Shown: positions 9,658 through 19,896, counted from the first letter of the stretch. The stretch: 20,000 nt of DNA from Saprolegnia diclina VS20 (GCF_000281045.1 NW_008246219.1:57605-77604), one strand, 5' to 3'. The notes: generated from the sequence alone by a model not told the origin. A program made the numbers and translations.

Positions 9658-10878
9658 ATGGCAGCCACACTGGGTGGCAGCCGAGAGCTCATGGCCACCA
9701 TCGCGGACTATGTCCCAAGCCGCGAGGCCTTGCGCACGCTTTTGGAAGTGCTACCACCCAACTTGCTCGGTAACGCGTGGACCAAAGTCCTCCAGCTTCT
9801 CCAACACCCAACGCTCGACCCGAACGCACTCTGGCCGATCGCGCGGTACAACCCCTTCGAGGTCGTCTTTGACGTCAGAGGAGGGTTCAATGTGAGGATG
9901 CTACCGCAGCATGAGCCGCTTTGGGCCATGGGCGTCGACGTGGAGGCCGACTACCCACGCGGCTGCGGCGTCAGCTGTTGGCGTCGCGTGCCGCCACAGC
10001 TTCCCGCCGTGCAAGGCTCCACAAGGCCGGCAAGAACTGTTGAGAAAGGCGTCCGGACGAGCAGCACGGTTGAACTGTCGCCGTCCAGCACCGTGGACGA
10101 CGTGGTGCGCTACGCATCCGAAGTGGCGGCAACGTCATCGCTGTGCCACGTCACCATCAACCTCTCCCAGATAGAGCATGAGCTCGAGTCTTGGCCGGCC
10201 CAGTACGAGTACTATACCAAAGTGTTTCCTGCTGCGCTCGAGCCATACGTCTGGTCGGCCCTCTCTCCGTCGCATATCGTCGAGGTCGCAATCGTCGGCA
10301 GCAACCTCTTGGCGACTGCCGATGGTGTCCAGTCCGCTATCGAATGGCTCACGTCGCGACCTGCGCGACGTCTCTGCTTGGCCGAGGCCAAAGTTGACGC
10401 CCACGATGTCACCGCTCTCGTCACCGCGATGCGCGACTGCACCACGCTCTCGACCATTGAGCTCAGCTACGACCTTGTGCTTCTGCCAGCGTTCTTGTCG
10501 GCGCCGCTGCCTCGTCACTTGCGCCGCTTGCGATTGTTTGCAAGCGAGGACCCGTACCATGCAGAGACGGGCTGGCACAAGATCACGTCGCTTCCGGTGG
10601 CTCTCGTGACCACAGCCATCGCCGGCTCGGCGTTGACGCACTTGTCGATCGATCTCGACAGTCTGGGTGACGACCAAAGCGCCGCTACGATCGTATCGAC
10701 TGCGCTGGAGCGAATGCCATCTCTCGACCACTTGGAGCTGCTCAACGTCCGTCGTGCTCCTCTACTAAACGCAGCGCTTGAAGCAGGCGCAGCGCGGATC
10801 GCAACGCTTGAGTCGATGCGAATGCACGAATATCAAGTGCTAACTGCTGACATGTTTGGCGGCGGTTCCGACTATTAG
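9658..10878 (+). CDS. LRR/RNI-like family protein, copy 1 (406 aa), possible F-box-like N-terminus
   Basis: Intronless ORF. The start is fixed by alignment of the paralogues. LxxLxL units include LSTIELSYD, LRRLRL, LTHLSI and LDHLELLNV. Ends MFGGGSDY*. Confidence 0.85.
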   Translation: MAATLGGSRELMATIADYVPSREALRTLLEVLPPNLLGNAWTKVLQLLQHPTLDPNALWPIARYNPFEVVFDVRGGFNVRMLPQHEPLWAMGVDVEADYPRGCGVSCWRRVPPQLPAVQGSTRPARTVEKGVRTSSTVELSPSSTVDDVVRYASEVAATSSLCHVTINLSQIEHELESWPAQYEYYTKVFPAALEPYVWSALSPSHIVEVAIVGSNLLATADGVQSAIEWLTSRPARRLCLAEAKVDAHDVTALVTAMRDCTTLSTIELSYDLVLLPAFLSAPLPRHLRRLRLFASEDPYHAETGWHKITSLPVALVTTAIAGSALTHLSIDLDSLGDDQSAATIVSTALERMPSLDHLELLNVRRAPLLNAALEAGAARIATLESMRMHEYQVLTADMFGGGSDY

Positions 10879-11339
10879 CGTTTCATGATGTATCGAGTAG
10901 CAAAATAAAGAAATCACATTTCATCTGCGTTTGTGCTCTTCCAGAATCCACGAAACACGTGCAGCGCAATAGGATTATCAGCATTCTCTTCGCTATTCTG
11001 ACGTCGGAACAAACGTCGTTAAAAATGGTTCAGGCTCGATGGCGTTCCCCTGGCCTCTTCCTAAAGCCAAACCAACAAAAGGTGATACCTGTCAGCATCA
11101 TGCAGCAGCAATGACTACATGTGTAGGATGTCGAAGAAGCGGGCTCTTGGGGCCAGAACCCAGAAGTCGCTGGCAAACATCCGCCCAACACACTGTTGGC
11201 ACTGAGATGCGGCCTCGAGCTTCAAACGCGCACTCTGCTACCACGCTGCTGCACGATTGTCATCGTTGGCGCCACATGGTCGTATCCGGACGCATCCGAA
11301 TTCCACAACCCGCGCCAGTTTGCACTTTTATTTTTTGAG

Positions 11340-12581
11340 ATGGCAGCGACAGTCGGCGGCAGCCACGACCTCATGGCTGCCATTGCGAGCTATGTCCCGA
11401 GTGCCACAGCCTTGCGTACGCTGCTGGAAGTGTTGCCACCAGCCTTACTCGGCGGCACGTGGGTCAGCGTCCTCCGTCTTCTCCAGCACCCGAAGCTCGA
11501 CCCAAATGCGCTCTGGCCGACAGTGCAATTCAAGGCCATCGAGGCCGTCTTTAATCCCAGAGGCAAGATCGATGTGTGGGCGCTTCCGGAGCTCCAGCCG
11601 CTCTGGGCCATGGGCGTCGACGTGGCGTTCCAGTACATGTACGACGACGATATCGCTCGCCTCCGAGATGCACAACCGCTACTTGTCGACGTTGACGCCT
11701 TTGGCTTCCAAGAGTGCGCGACTGTCAACGTTGCGAAAGGCGTCTGGACGGGCTGCATGCTGCGGCTTTCTTCGTCGAGCACCCAAGACGGCGTCGCGGC
11801 CATGGCACGTGCCGTGGCGACGATGCCATCCTTGCGCCATGTTACGCTCAACCTTTCCCAGGTTTCTTGCGTGCTTGAGAGTGACCCACCCGAATTTGAG
11901 TACTTCGCCGCACCATTTCCTGCCGCGCTCGAGCCATACGTCTGGACAGCCCTCTCTCCATCGCATCTCGTTGATGTCACGATCCTCGGCGGGGACCTCT
12001 TGGCGACGACCAAAGGCGTCAGTTCGGCCATCCAATGGCTTGCGTCTCGGCCCCTGCGACGCCTCTGCTTGTCGGACGTCAGAGTCGCGGCCCACGACGT
12101 CGATGCTCTCGTGACTGCGATGCGCAACTGCACCACGTTGTCGACCATCGAGCTCAGCTACGATCTTACGCTAGTGTCGGCGTTCTTGTCGGCGCCGCTG
12201 CCACGTCATGTGCGTCGCTTGCGCTTGTTTGTGAGCGACGAGCCGTACCATCCAAAGTCAGGTTGGTTCAAGATCACGGCGCTTCCCGTCCCATCTGGTC
12301 GTCTCGCTCACTTTGTCGCCACGGCCATCGACGGCTCGGCGTTGACGCACTTGTCGCTGGATGTCCACCGTCTCGGCAACGACAGTGTTGCTGCGATCGT
12401 GTCGACTGCGCTTCAGAAAATGCCGCGCCTCACCCACTTGGAGCTGCTCAACGTGCCGTCGGGTCCCCACCTTGGCGCGGTCCTTGCAACAAACGCGACA
12501 CGCATCCAAGCGCTCGAGTCGTTGCGGTTGCAAGAGCAACCAGTCGATTCATTCGACATGTTTGGCGCGTCCGACTACTAG
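11340..12581 (+). CDS. LRR/RNI-like family protein, copy 2 (413 aa)
   Basis: Co-linear with copy 1 (MAATVGGSHDLMAAIASYVPS...FLSAPLPRHVRRLRLF...). Ends MFGASDY*. Confidence 0.85.
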   Translation: MAATVGGSHDLMAAIASYVPSATALRTLLEVLPPALLGGTWVSVLRLLQHPKLDPNALWPTVQFKAIEAVFNPRGKIDVWALPELQPLWAMGVDVAFQYMYDDDIARLRDAQPLLVDVDAFGFQECATVNVAKGVWTGCMLRLSSSSTQDGVAAMARAVATMPSLRHVTLNLSQVSCVLESDPPEFEYFAAPFPAALEPYVWTALSPSHLVDVTILGGDLLATTKGVSSAIQWLASRPLRRLCLSDVRVAAHDVDALVTAMRNCTTLSTIELSYDLTLVSAFLSAPLPRHVRRLRLFVSDEPYHPKSGWFKITALPVPSGRLAHFVATAIDGSALTHLSLDVHRLGNDSVAAIVSTALQKMPRLTHLELLNVPSGPHLGAVLATNATRIQALESLRLQEQPVDSFDMFGASDY

Positions 12582-12668
12582 CCCGATTATGACTATAAGT
12601 GTAGTACAATTGTATTGTACTGTACGCTACCAATAATTTAAATATGCTTTCCTGGGACAACAGCAAAG

Positions 12669-12781
12669 GCACGCAAAAGGTACGTAAAACGCACGCAAAA
12701 GGTACGTAAAACGCACGCAAAAGGTACGTAAAACGCTCGTAAAACGCTCGCAAACGCTCGTAAAACGCACGCAAAACGCAC
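12669..12781. repeat. Minisatellite: 3 x 22-bp GCACGCAAAAGGTACGTAAAAC plus ~4 degenerate 10-11-bp monomers
   Basis: Perfect units at 12669-12690, 12691-12712 and 12713-12734, then gctcgtaaaac, gctcgcaaac, gctcgtaaaac, gcacgcaaaac. Confidence 0.95.
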
Positions 12782-12982
12782 ATACCGAGTAAATGGCACG
12801 TAAAAGGCAAGAGCCTCCGAGTGCTTGCTGCGCAAACAGTCTCGATGTTGGCATCTTGCTTTGCGGATTGCTTGCTTGCAGCGCAGGCTTGCATCGTATT
12901 CAATGGGCGACACCGCGACCTTTTGCACTACGGCACGTTATCCGGCTTCATCCGGATACGACAACCCGCAACACTTTTCAAG

Positions 12983-14257
12983 ATGGCCACGACGGTCAGG
13001 GACAGCAGGGACCTCATGGCCGCCATCGCTGGCTACGTACCCAGCGCTACAGCGTTGCGCAATTTCTTGGAAGCGCTGCCACCGGCCTTTCTTGGCGAGA
13101 CGTGGGCCGGCGTCCTCCGACTTCTCCAGCATCGCCGGCTGGACCCGAATCGCATCTGGCCAGCGGTGCACTACGGGGCCCTCGAGGGCGCCTTTGTCTC
13201 CAACTACAAAACCAACGTGCTCATGAACAGGAAGCTTCGGCCGCTCTGGGACGTCGGCCTCGACGTGGAGATGGGGTACTTGAACAACCAGCGATTCGAC
13301 CGCTTGCGACAACTCGTGCCCAATCTCATCGATGTCGATGATGTCTTTGGCTATGGCCAAGACTCGGCCCGTGCCAATGTAGCAAAAGGCGTCTGGACGG
13401 GCTGCACGATCCGCCTCTCGCTCGTACGCACCCAAGACGACTTTGCTCGCATTGCAACGACGATGGCGGCAATGCCGTCCCTGCGCGAACTCACGCTCAA
13501 CCTCTCGCAGCTGGCGGAGGCCCATCCGTATTACATCCCGCCCGAGTACATTTACCATACTGCACCATTTCCTGCGTCGCTCGAGCAGTACCTCTGGGCG
13601 GCGCTCGCTGCGTCGCGCATTCTCGACCTCACGCTCCTCGGCGGCCACCTCGTAGCGACGACCGACGGCATTGCATCGGCCATCCAATGGCTCACGTCTC
13701 GGCCAATCCAGCGCCGCGTGCACCGCCTCTGCTTTGACGACGTCAAAGTCGAAGCAAATGACGTTGCTACCCTCGTGACGGCGATGCGCGAGTGTACCAC
13801 GCTCTCGACGGTCGACCTCAGCTACGACCGAACGCTTCTGCCGACGTTCTTGTCGGCGCCGCTGCCACGTCACGTGCGCCGCTTGGGCTTGTTTGTGAGC
13901 GAAGGACGGTATTACCTCGACTCGGTCAGCCTCAACATCACGTCGCTTCCGGTGGGTCTTGTGGTGACGGCCATTGCCGGCTCGGCCTTGACACACTTGC
14001 GGCTGGACGTCCAAGATCTTGACAACCAGAACATCGCTGCGATCGTGTCGACGGCGCTCGAGCGGATACCAAGCCTCCAACACTTGGAGCTCTCCAACGT
14101 TCGGCGTGGGCCCAAGCTGACAGCGGTGCTTGAAGCCGGCGCGGATCGACTCGCAGGGCTCGAGTCGGTGCAACTGCACGAGCTGGAAGTAGCCAGGATC
14201 GAGAGCCCAGAGCCCGATGTTGATGCCGCCGGCATCTTTGGCACGTCCGACTACTAA
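12983..14257 (+). CDS. LRR/RNI-like family protein, copy 3 (424 aa)
   Basis: Co-linear with copies 1 and 2 (MATTVRDSRDLMAAIAGYVPS...). Ends IFGTSDY*. Confidence 0.85.
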   Translation: MATTVRDSRDLMAAIAGYVPSATALRNFLEALPPAFLGETWAGVLRLLQHRRLDPNRIWPAVHYGALEGAFVSNYKTNVLMNRKLRPLWDVGLDVEMGYLNNQRFDRLRQLVPNLIDVDDVFGYGQDSARANVAKGVWTGCTIRLSLVRTQDDFARIATTMAAMPSLRELTLNLSQLAEAHPYYIPPEYIYHTAPFPASLEQYLWAALAASRILDLTLLGGHLVATTDGIASAIQWLTSRPIQRRVHRLCFDDVKVEANDVATLVTAMRECTTLSTVDLSYDRTLLPTFLSAPLPRHVRRLGLFVSEGRYYLDSVSLNITSLPVGLVVTAIAGSALTHLRLDVQDLDNQNIAAIVSTALERIPSLQHLELSNVRRGPKLTAVLEAGADRLAGLESVQLHELEVARIESPEPDVDAAGIFGTSDY

Positions 14258-14340
14258 TGTCTCTCCTCGTAAACTAGATCGCGGCGGCTTTGAATCCCTC
14301 CAGAACACGTTTTCTTGCGCGTTGCAGAAAGGTGGCATGC

Positions 14341-14397
14341 TAGGACTTTATAGAGCATATATAAGTAGAACTTTATAGAGCGTATATAGCTAGGACT
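14341..14397. repeat. AT-rich 25-bp tandem duplication, ~2.3 copies
   Basis: taggactttatagagcatatataag, tagaactttatagagcgtatatagc, taggact. Confidence 0.8.
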
Positions 14398-14701
14398 AGC
14401 GGGACAATGCGAGCAAGCTCGCGTACATTGCACACTTGCGACAACACCACAGCTGGCTCGAGTTGTGGGACACCTATTGTCACGTTCGGCTCTACTCGAT
14501 GGAGCCGCACGTGCTACGTGCTATCGTATATGCCTACACGAAGCATGTAATATATCTGTCGTAGCTTCAACGGACAATCTGTCCGTGCGCGCCACAATCT
14601 CTGAGTCTCGTGGTTCAGATCTCAGTTCCGCAAAAGGTCAACGGACATGCGAGTGATGGTCTTTTGCATAGTGTTTGTCGATATAAAAACAGACAGGCGG
14701 G

Positions 14702-15946
14702 ATGGAGTCGATGGACGAGGCGAAGAAGGAGCGCCGACGGCTCGTGCTGCGCCTCCGCAACCGCGTCAAGCAGAAGAAGCGTCGGGATCGGTACCTCAGC
14801 GAACGCGAGCGGCTTCTAGCGCAAGTGACCGAGATGCGGTCGGTGCTCACGGAGCTTGGGCACAAGCAGGTCGTGCCCACGAGCTTGCTGCCATGGAAGG
14901 ACGTGGCCGGCAGCCTCGCGCAGGCCAGCGTCGAGGCGCGCCTCTCGCTCCAAGTGCTGCGCGACCGGTGCGAGGCCATGTACCGCCTTGGCCGCGTCAT
15001 GTCGGCGTGGGTCGGGTCCATGTCCCGCCGCAACAACGTGCCGGTACTGCTTGCGTGTGTACGATACCTGACGCATCTTTCTTGTAGGACGTGGATCGGC
15101 CATTCACATCGACGCCGATCGTGCTGCTCGCCGACGCAGCGTCCCGCAAGCTCGGCCTCGACTGGTTCACGCAGCACATGTACCACAACACGGACCGCAT
15201 GCAGCAGCTTTGCGCCTTTCCGAGCGCGGGCACCGTCCGTGATATCTCTGTCGTCGACCACGAAAACGGCGTCTCGGACATCCTTGGGCGTATTCAGATC
15301 GACTGCGACTTGCCGCTCGAGGCAACGTACGCAGCACTCCACGATAAGATCTGGGACGAACTCCGCGGCGACACGCAAGCCGCCATGTCCGAGTTCCTTG
15401 ACGGCGATGTACAGTGCAATCTCGTGATGCTAGACGAGGTCAAATGTGCTTTTCGTAGCTCATCAAGAGCATCGATGCCAAGATGGTGTATCGACGTACA
15501 GCGCTCACAGCTGAAGAAAGCAACTACTACGTCTGCCGCGAGTTTGTGACCCAAGACCGGATCGTGTTTCTGTTTGGGAATTTCAGCCAAGACGCACTCC
15601 AGCCCGAGAATGTCCGGTGGCGCCCCCGCATGTTTTGGTACGTATTGTCATATTGTGCGATAGAAATAAGGGATTCATTAATTGCGCATCTAGGTACTGC
15701 CTCGAGCGTTTAGGCGCCGGCCACACTCGCATCAAGCAGATGCTGTACAATGGCCCCAAAGTTGTTCACAACCAGATCATCCCGTGGACGAATGACGCCG
15801 ACTGGATTTTGAGCGACAGCATCTCGGACAACCCGCAGTTCCAACAGTACGAGCGCTGGGTCAACAAGGACTGGCAAGCGATGCTCGAGAGCGACTTTGC
15901 TGTCCTCTCGAGCCCCCGGCGCCGCGATTTCTCCAGTGCGCCGTGA
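14702..15946 (+). CDS. Oomycete-family protein with a bZIP-like basic/coiled-coil N-terminus (364 aa). Exons 14702-15043, 15088-15408, 15459-15637, 15694-15946
   Basis: RLRNRVKQKKRRDR followed by a heptad Leu pattern, LLPWKDVA, and ADAASRKLGLDWFTQHMYHNTD. Three GT-AG introns give a 1095-nt open frame. Resemblance to oomycete bZIP/M96-like families is recalled, not searched. Confidence 0.8.
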
Positions 15947-16059
15947 TGAGTTTCTGTATCGGCAATGAATGAATAGATCTCTCCATGTGTTTCAAAGGCA
16001 AGTCGTGTTGGAGTTGCATTGACAGTGTTAGGTTAGAACAAACGAAAATATGAAATCGA

Positions 16060-16563
16060 CTAGACAACGGGGTACGCGACCAGAGTTGCGTTGTCGCTGC
16101 AGTCGCACGTACTTTGGACGCCGACTTGCGTCGAGGCCTGCGCCAAAAGACACGGTGCACAGCAGAGAGCAGCGCCCGCGTCTCGCCACTCGGCGCGTGG
16201 TAAGCTCAAAAGCTCCCGCAGATAGACGCGGAGGTTGAAGAGCACGATGGTCGGTACAAGCATCACCAACGCCGCAAAGAGGAATGAGCCTGGAGACGTG
16301 TCGTGCCAGACCAGATTGGCGAGCGCACCAAGTGTGCAAACCACCCAGAAGACACCAAAGATAAGGGTAGAGCCAAAGCGCACGAGCCCCAGCAGCGAGA
16401 ACACCTTGGCCAGCACCACGATCGGACAGCACGAGGCCATGGCCAGCGCTTGCACGTCGTTGCATGACAGCAGCAGTACCTTCCAGTCGGCCGGGACACC
16501 GACAAACTCGGTCTCGTCGTCTTCCGAGATGACGACCAGAGTCTTTTGGCGTGGGCCGAGCAT
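16060..16563 (-). CDS. PLAC8-family Cys-rich membrane protein (167 aa)
   Basis: W...L.SC, SCCPIVVLAK, two hydrophobic helices, LRVYLRE, and the C-terminal D....LCCAPCLLAQ pattern typical of PLAC8. Confidence 0.8.
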   Translation of the reverse strand: MLGPRQKTLVVISEDDETEFVGVPADWKVLLLSCNDVQALAMASCCPIVVLAKVFSLLGLVRFGSTLIFGVFWVVCTLGALANLVWHDTSPGSFLFAALVMLVPTIVLFNLRVYLRELLSLPRAEWRDAGAALCCAPCLLAQASTQVGVQSTCDCSDNATLVAYPVV

Positions 16564-16564
16564 C

Positions 16565-16581
16565 GCAAAATGAAAAGTGAA
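16565..16581 (-). promoter_or_regulatory. Oomycete Inr plus FPR core promoter-like element of the PLAC8 gene
   Basis: The minus strand reads TTCACTTTTCATTTTGC just before the ATG at 16563, fitting the YCAYTY and MWTTTNC consensus. Confidence 0.5.
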
Positions 16582-17240
16582 TATGTTATCCCTGAAACAC
16601 TGGATCATCGCCGAACCGACTTCGTTCTAGAGCGTGCAAAGGTGGGGTGTAAACCACGGGACGACTCGCACAGATCACGACCACACGACAGCGCGCTTCG
16701 TCTAATTTCTATAGCTCGACGACGCCCTTCAACAACAACAAGAGTGAGATTTATGGATGATACGTCGTCGTGCACCATTGTAATCACTGTAGCCGAGTGA
16801 AGGGGTGTAATCACCCGAACTTTACTGCGCAAGAGTCCAACAACAGTTCGTGAATGATACAAAATGTACCGGTGTCCGGACGTCGACGGCGTTTTGGTGT
16901 CGTCGTTGGCCACCGCGTCTTGCAAGGTGACAGAGGACCTCGTGCACCCGTGTTGAGACCTCTTTTAGCCAGCACTTTGCAGTGTATTTCGAGAAAAATC
17001 CATGGCGTGCACATTGCCGCATCGATTTCAAGTGCAAAAATGGGAAGCCACCTCTTTCTTGTCTTGCATTGGAATGACAATATTGTGCCATGGCGCAGGG
17101 CTGTCGTCGTCGTCGTCGCGAGTGTCCCTCTATGCCGCTTGCCGCATGGTTTGCAGATTATTACCCCACGAGCAGAATGTTGGTCGTCCGCCGCCGCAGG
17201 AGTGGGATCCGCATTTTCCGAAACGCCTCCGACGAGCGCA

Positions 17241-17735
17241 ATGGCCCAGAAAGTCCAGTGGACCTGCAAGCGCTTCTCCGAGCTCTCGGCCGAGCGGCTC
17301 TACGATATCCTTCACGCGCGCTGCTCCGTGTTTGTTGCAGAGCAAAAGTGCGTCTGGCTCGAGGTCGACAACCTCGACAAGGCGCCCACGATGCGCCACT
17401 TGGTCGGCGCGACGCCCTCTCACCAAGTCGCAGCTTACGCGCGGCTTGTTGGCCCGGGCACCAAAGGCCCCACACAAGACTACGCGATGATCAGCCGCGT
17501 GCTCACGACTGCAGGCTTTCGCGGCCACGGCCTCGGGAAGACCGTCATGAAGGAAGCGATCGCAGCGTGCGAGGTCGAGTGGCCGGACAAAAGCATCGTC
17601 ATCAACGCGCAGGCGTACCTCGAGCCGTTCTACAAGTCGCTTGGGTTTGTCCAGACGTCCGAGCTCTACGAAGAGGACGGTATCATGCACATGGACATGA
17701 TCCGAGTGCCGGCGTCGTCGACGAAGCGAGTGTAG
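17241..17735 (+). CDS. elaA: ElaA-like GNAT N-acetyltransferase (164 aa), intronless
   Basis: FSELSAERLYDILHARCSVFVAEQKC, AAYARL, SRV, the acetyl-CoA motif RGHGLG, WPDK, AQAYLEPFYKSLGF and YEEDGIMHMDM follow the bacterial ElaA motif order across the full length. Confidence 0.9.
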   Translation: MAQKVQWTCKRFSELSAERLYDILHARCSVFVAEQKCVWLEVDNLDKAPTMRHLVGATPSHQVAAYARLVGPGTKGPTQDYAMISRVLTTAGFRGHGLGKTVMKEAIAACEVEWPDKSIVINAQAYLEPFYKSLGFVQTSELYEEDGIMHMDMIRVPASSTKRV

Positions 17736-17825
17736 TCGCCAAGAACTGAAAGAGAACTTGGTTGATCGTGAGGCTATCCAGTTATAGAAGACTATTCTCT
17801 TGTACATCGACTATACTCTTGTACG

Positions 17826-18515
17826 CTAGTAGTCTTCTTCAATCGGCTCGTGCAATCGCATCGACTCGAGCGCTGCGATCCGCGCACCTGCTTCACGCAC
17901 CGCATCCAGCTGTCGACCGCGCTGGACGTTGAAAAGCTCCAAGTGGTCGAGACACAACATTTACTCCAGCGCAGTCGACACATAGCGGCACTTTGGCCGT
18001 CGCCCAGACTGTCGAGATCGATCGACAAATGCGTCAACGCCGAGCCGGCGATGGCCGTTCTCACGAGATCCACCGGAAGCGACGTAATCTTGTGCCAGCT
18101 CGTCTCTGCGTGGTGCGCCTCGCCACTCGCAAACAGTCGCAAGCGGCGCACATGACGTGGCAGCGGTGCCGACAAGAACTCCGGCAAAAGCACAGGTCGT
18201 AGCTGAGCTCGATGGTGGAGAGCGTGGTGCAGGCGCGCATCCCGGTGCGGTGACGTTACGGGCGTCAACTTGGACCTCGGCCAAGCAGAGGCGCCGCAGG
18301 GGCCGAAGCGTAAGCCATTCGATAGCGGACTGGACACCATCAGCAGTCGCCAAGAGTTTGCTGCCGAAGATTGTGACCTCTACGGTATGCGACGGGCGGC
18401 CCAGACTTATGGCTCGAGCGCAGCAGGGAACGCTTCGGCATGATACTCATACTGGGGCGGGTTAGACTCGAGCACTAGCTCTATCAGAGAGGTCGATAGT
18501 GACGTGGCACAGCGA
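17826..18515 (-). pseudogene. LRR/RNI-like family copy 4, 5'-truncated pseudogene
   Basis: Homology starts at SLCHVT (copy 1 position ~10138). There is a TAC>TAA stop at 18407-18409, several indels that switch frame, and a terminal LESMRLHEPIEEDY*. Confidence 0.9.
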
Positions 18516-18656
18516 CTGCATAGCTAATGTACAGTATGCCATGATTACTGGTAACTCACAAGTCTATTTTTTAGTCAATTTGTCTCTTTCTTGTGCATAG
18601 CACAACCCTCAAAACGACGAACAAACGCTTCATTACTTCGGGCCCAAATGTGTCGA

Positions 18657-19607
18657 CTATTGGCAAGTCAAGATGCGGGTCACTATGCTCAGCTGTCGAC
18701 CGTCCTGAACATTGAGCAGCTCCAAGTAGGCGTGGCGCGGCATTCGGTTCAACGCAGATACCACGATCGCAACGACGTCGTCCAGACTGTCGAAATCGAT
18801 CGCCGCGTGCGTCAACGCCGAGCCAGCGGTAGCCGCAGTCACTAGATCCACCGGAAGCGGCGTGATCGCATGCCGCGTGAGACGCCGCATGGGCCGAGAC
18901 ATAAGCCATTGGACGGCCAGTCGGAGGTCTCTATTCACCCACATGAGGCCGCGGCCGACGATGGTGATGTCCATGATATGCAGCGGAGAGAGGGCTGCCC
19001 AAACGTGCGGTGGGAGGTTGGGACGAAATGGTGCATCGTTGAAGAAGACACACTCGTTCGGGTCCGAGTCGAGCAACGTGTCAATCTGGGCAAAGCTGAT
19101 AAGGACATGGCGCAGAGAGGGCGTCGCCGCCAGTTCAGACGCATAATGTTCGACGATCTTCAAGGTGCTGGACGGCGACAGATGAATCATGCAGCTCGTC
19201 CAAACACCTCGCGCAACGTTGATCATCGCCGAAGTTTGGACACCGAAGACTTGCATGTTGGAAAAATGTGGTGGTACGTGGCGTCGCCAGTCGATGTAGT
19301 CGTCGCGTGGGGACTTGAACGCGACATCGACGCCCATGGCCCAAAGAGGTTGAAGCTCCGGAAGCGTCCACACGTTGACCGTACCTCTGGGATCAATGAT
19401 GGCTGCAATGGCTCTGTACTGCGCAATCGGCCAGAGCGCACTTGGGTCGAGCTTTGGATGCCGGAGAAGACGAAGGACGCTGGCCCACGCATCGCCAAGA
19501 AAGGCGGGCGGCAGCACTTCCAAAAGCGTTCGCAAGGCTATAGCGCTGGGAACGTAGTGAGCGATGGTGGCCATGAGCTCTCGGCTGCCACCCAGTGTGG
19601 CTGCCAT
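18657..19607 (-). CDS. LRR/RNI-like family copy 5 (316 aa), with internal deletion and altered C-terminus; possibly a pseudogene
   Basis: Starts MAATLGGSRELMATIA, identical to copy 1. About 69 residues between RRL and IT.LPV are replaced by TRHA (18867-18878). The SDY tail is missing. Confidence 0.75.
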   Translation of the reverse strand: MAATLGGSRELMATIAHYVPSAIALRTLLEVLPPAFLGDAWASVLRLLRHPKLDPSALWPIAQYRAIAAIIDPRGTVNVWTLPELQPLWAMGVDVAFKSPRDDYIDWRRHVPPHFSNMQVFGVQTSAMINVARGVWTSCMIHLSPSSTLKIVEHYASELAATPSLRHVLISFAQIDTLLDSDPNECVFFNDAPFRPNLPPHVWAALSPLHIMDITIVGRGLMWVNRDLRLAVQWLMSRPMRRLTRHAITPLPVDLVTAATAGSALTHAAIDFDSLDDVVAIVVSALNRMPRHAYLELLNVQDGRQLSIVTRILTCQ

Positions 19608-19896
19608 GCTGCCTGCCGGCGTGCTCGTCGGAAGTGACCGTGACGGATTGTCGTATCCGTAGTCATCCGGATAGCCTGACGTGGTAGCGGTGTTTGACGT
19701 CGCAACGAGAAAGCGAACTGCAGTATCAGTAGTCGCTGCGTCGGAACACATCTAAGCTTATCCCACATAGCTTGTATCGTCCTTCACCGATGACTCTTCA
19801 GAACCAATACCGTATTGGCAAAAGTTGATGATCTTCAAAATGAGCAATCGTGGCGGCTGGGACCAACCATGGCGCAACACCACGCCAATCATGCAA

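Noticed and set aside
12669..12781. CRISPR-like array
   Set aside because: Head-to-tail units without unique spacers, no cas genes, eukaryotic context.
12938..14338. 466-aa minus-strand ORF, and similar ones at 11390-12148 and 18870-19637
   Set aside because: Antisense shadows of the LRR-like genes, not conserved as open frames across paralogues.
17790..17824. 16-bp near-perfect direct repeat gacta(t/a)ctcttgtac between convergent 3' ends
   Set aside because: Local slippage duplication; it does not bracket an element.
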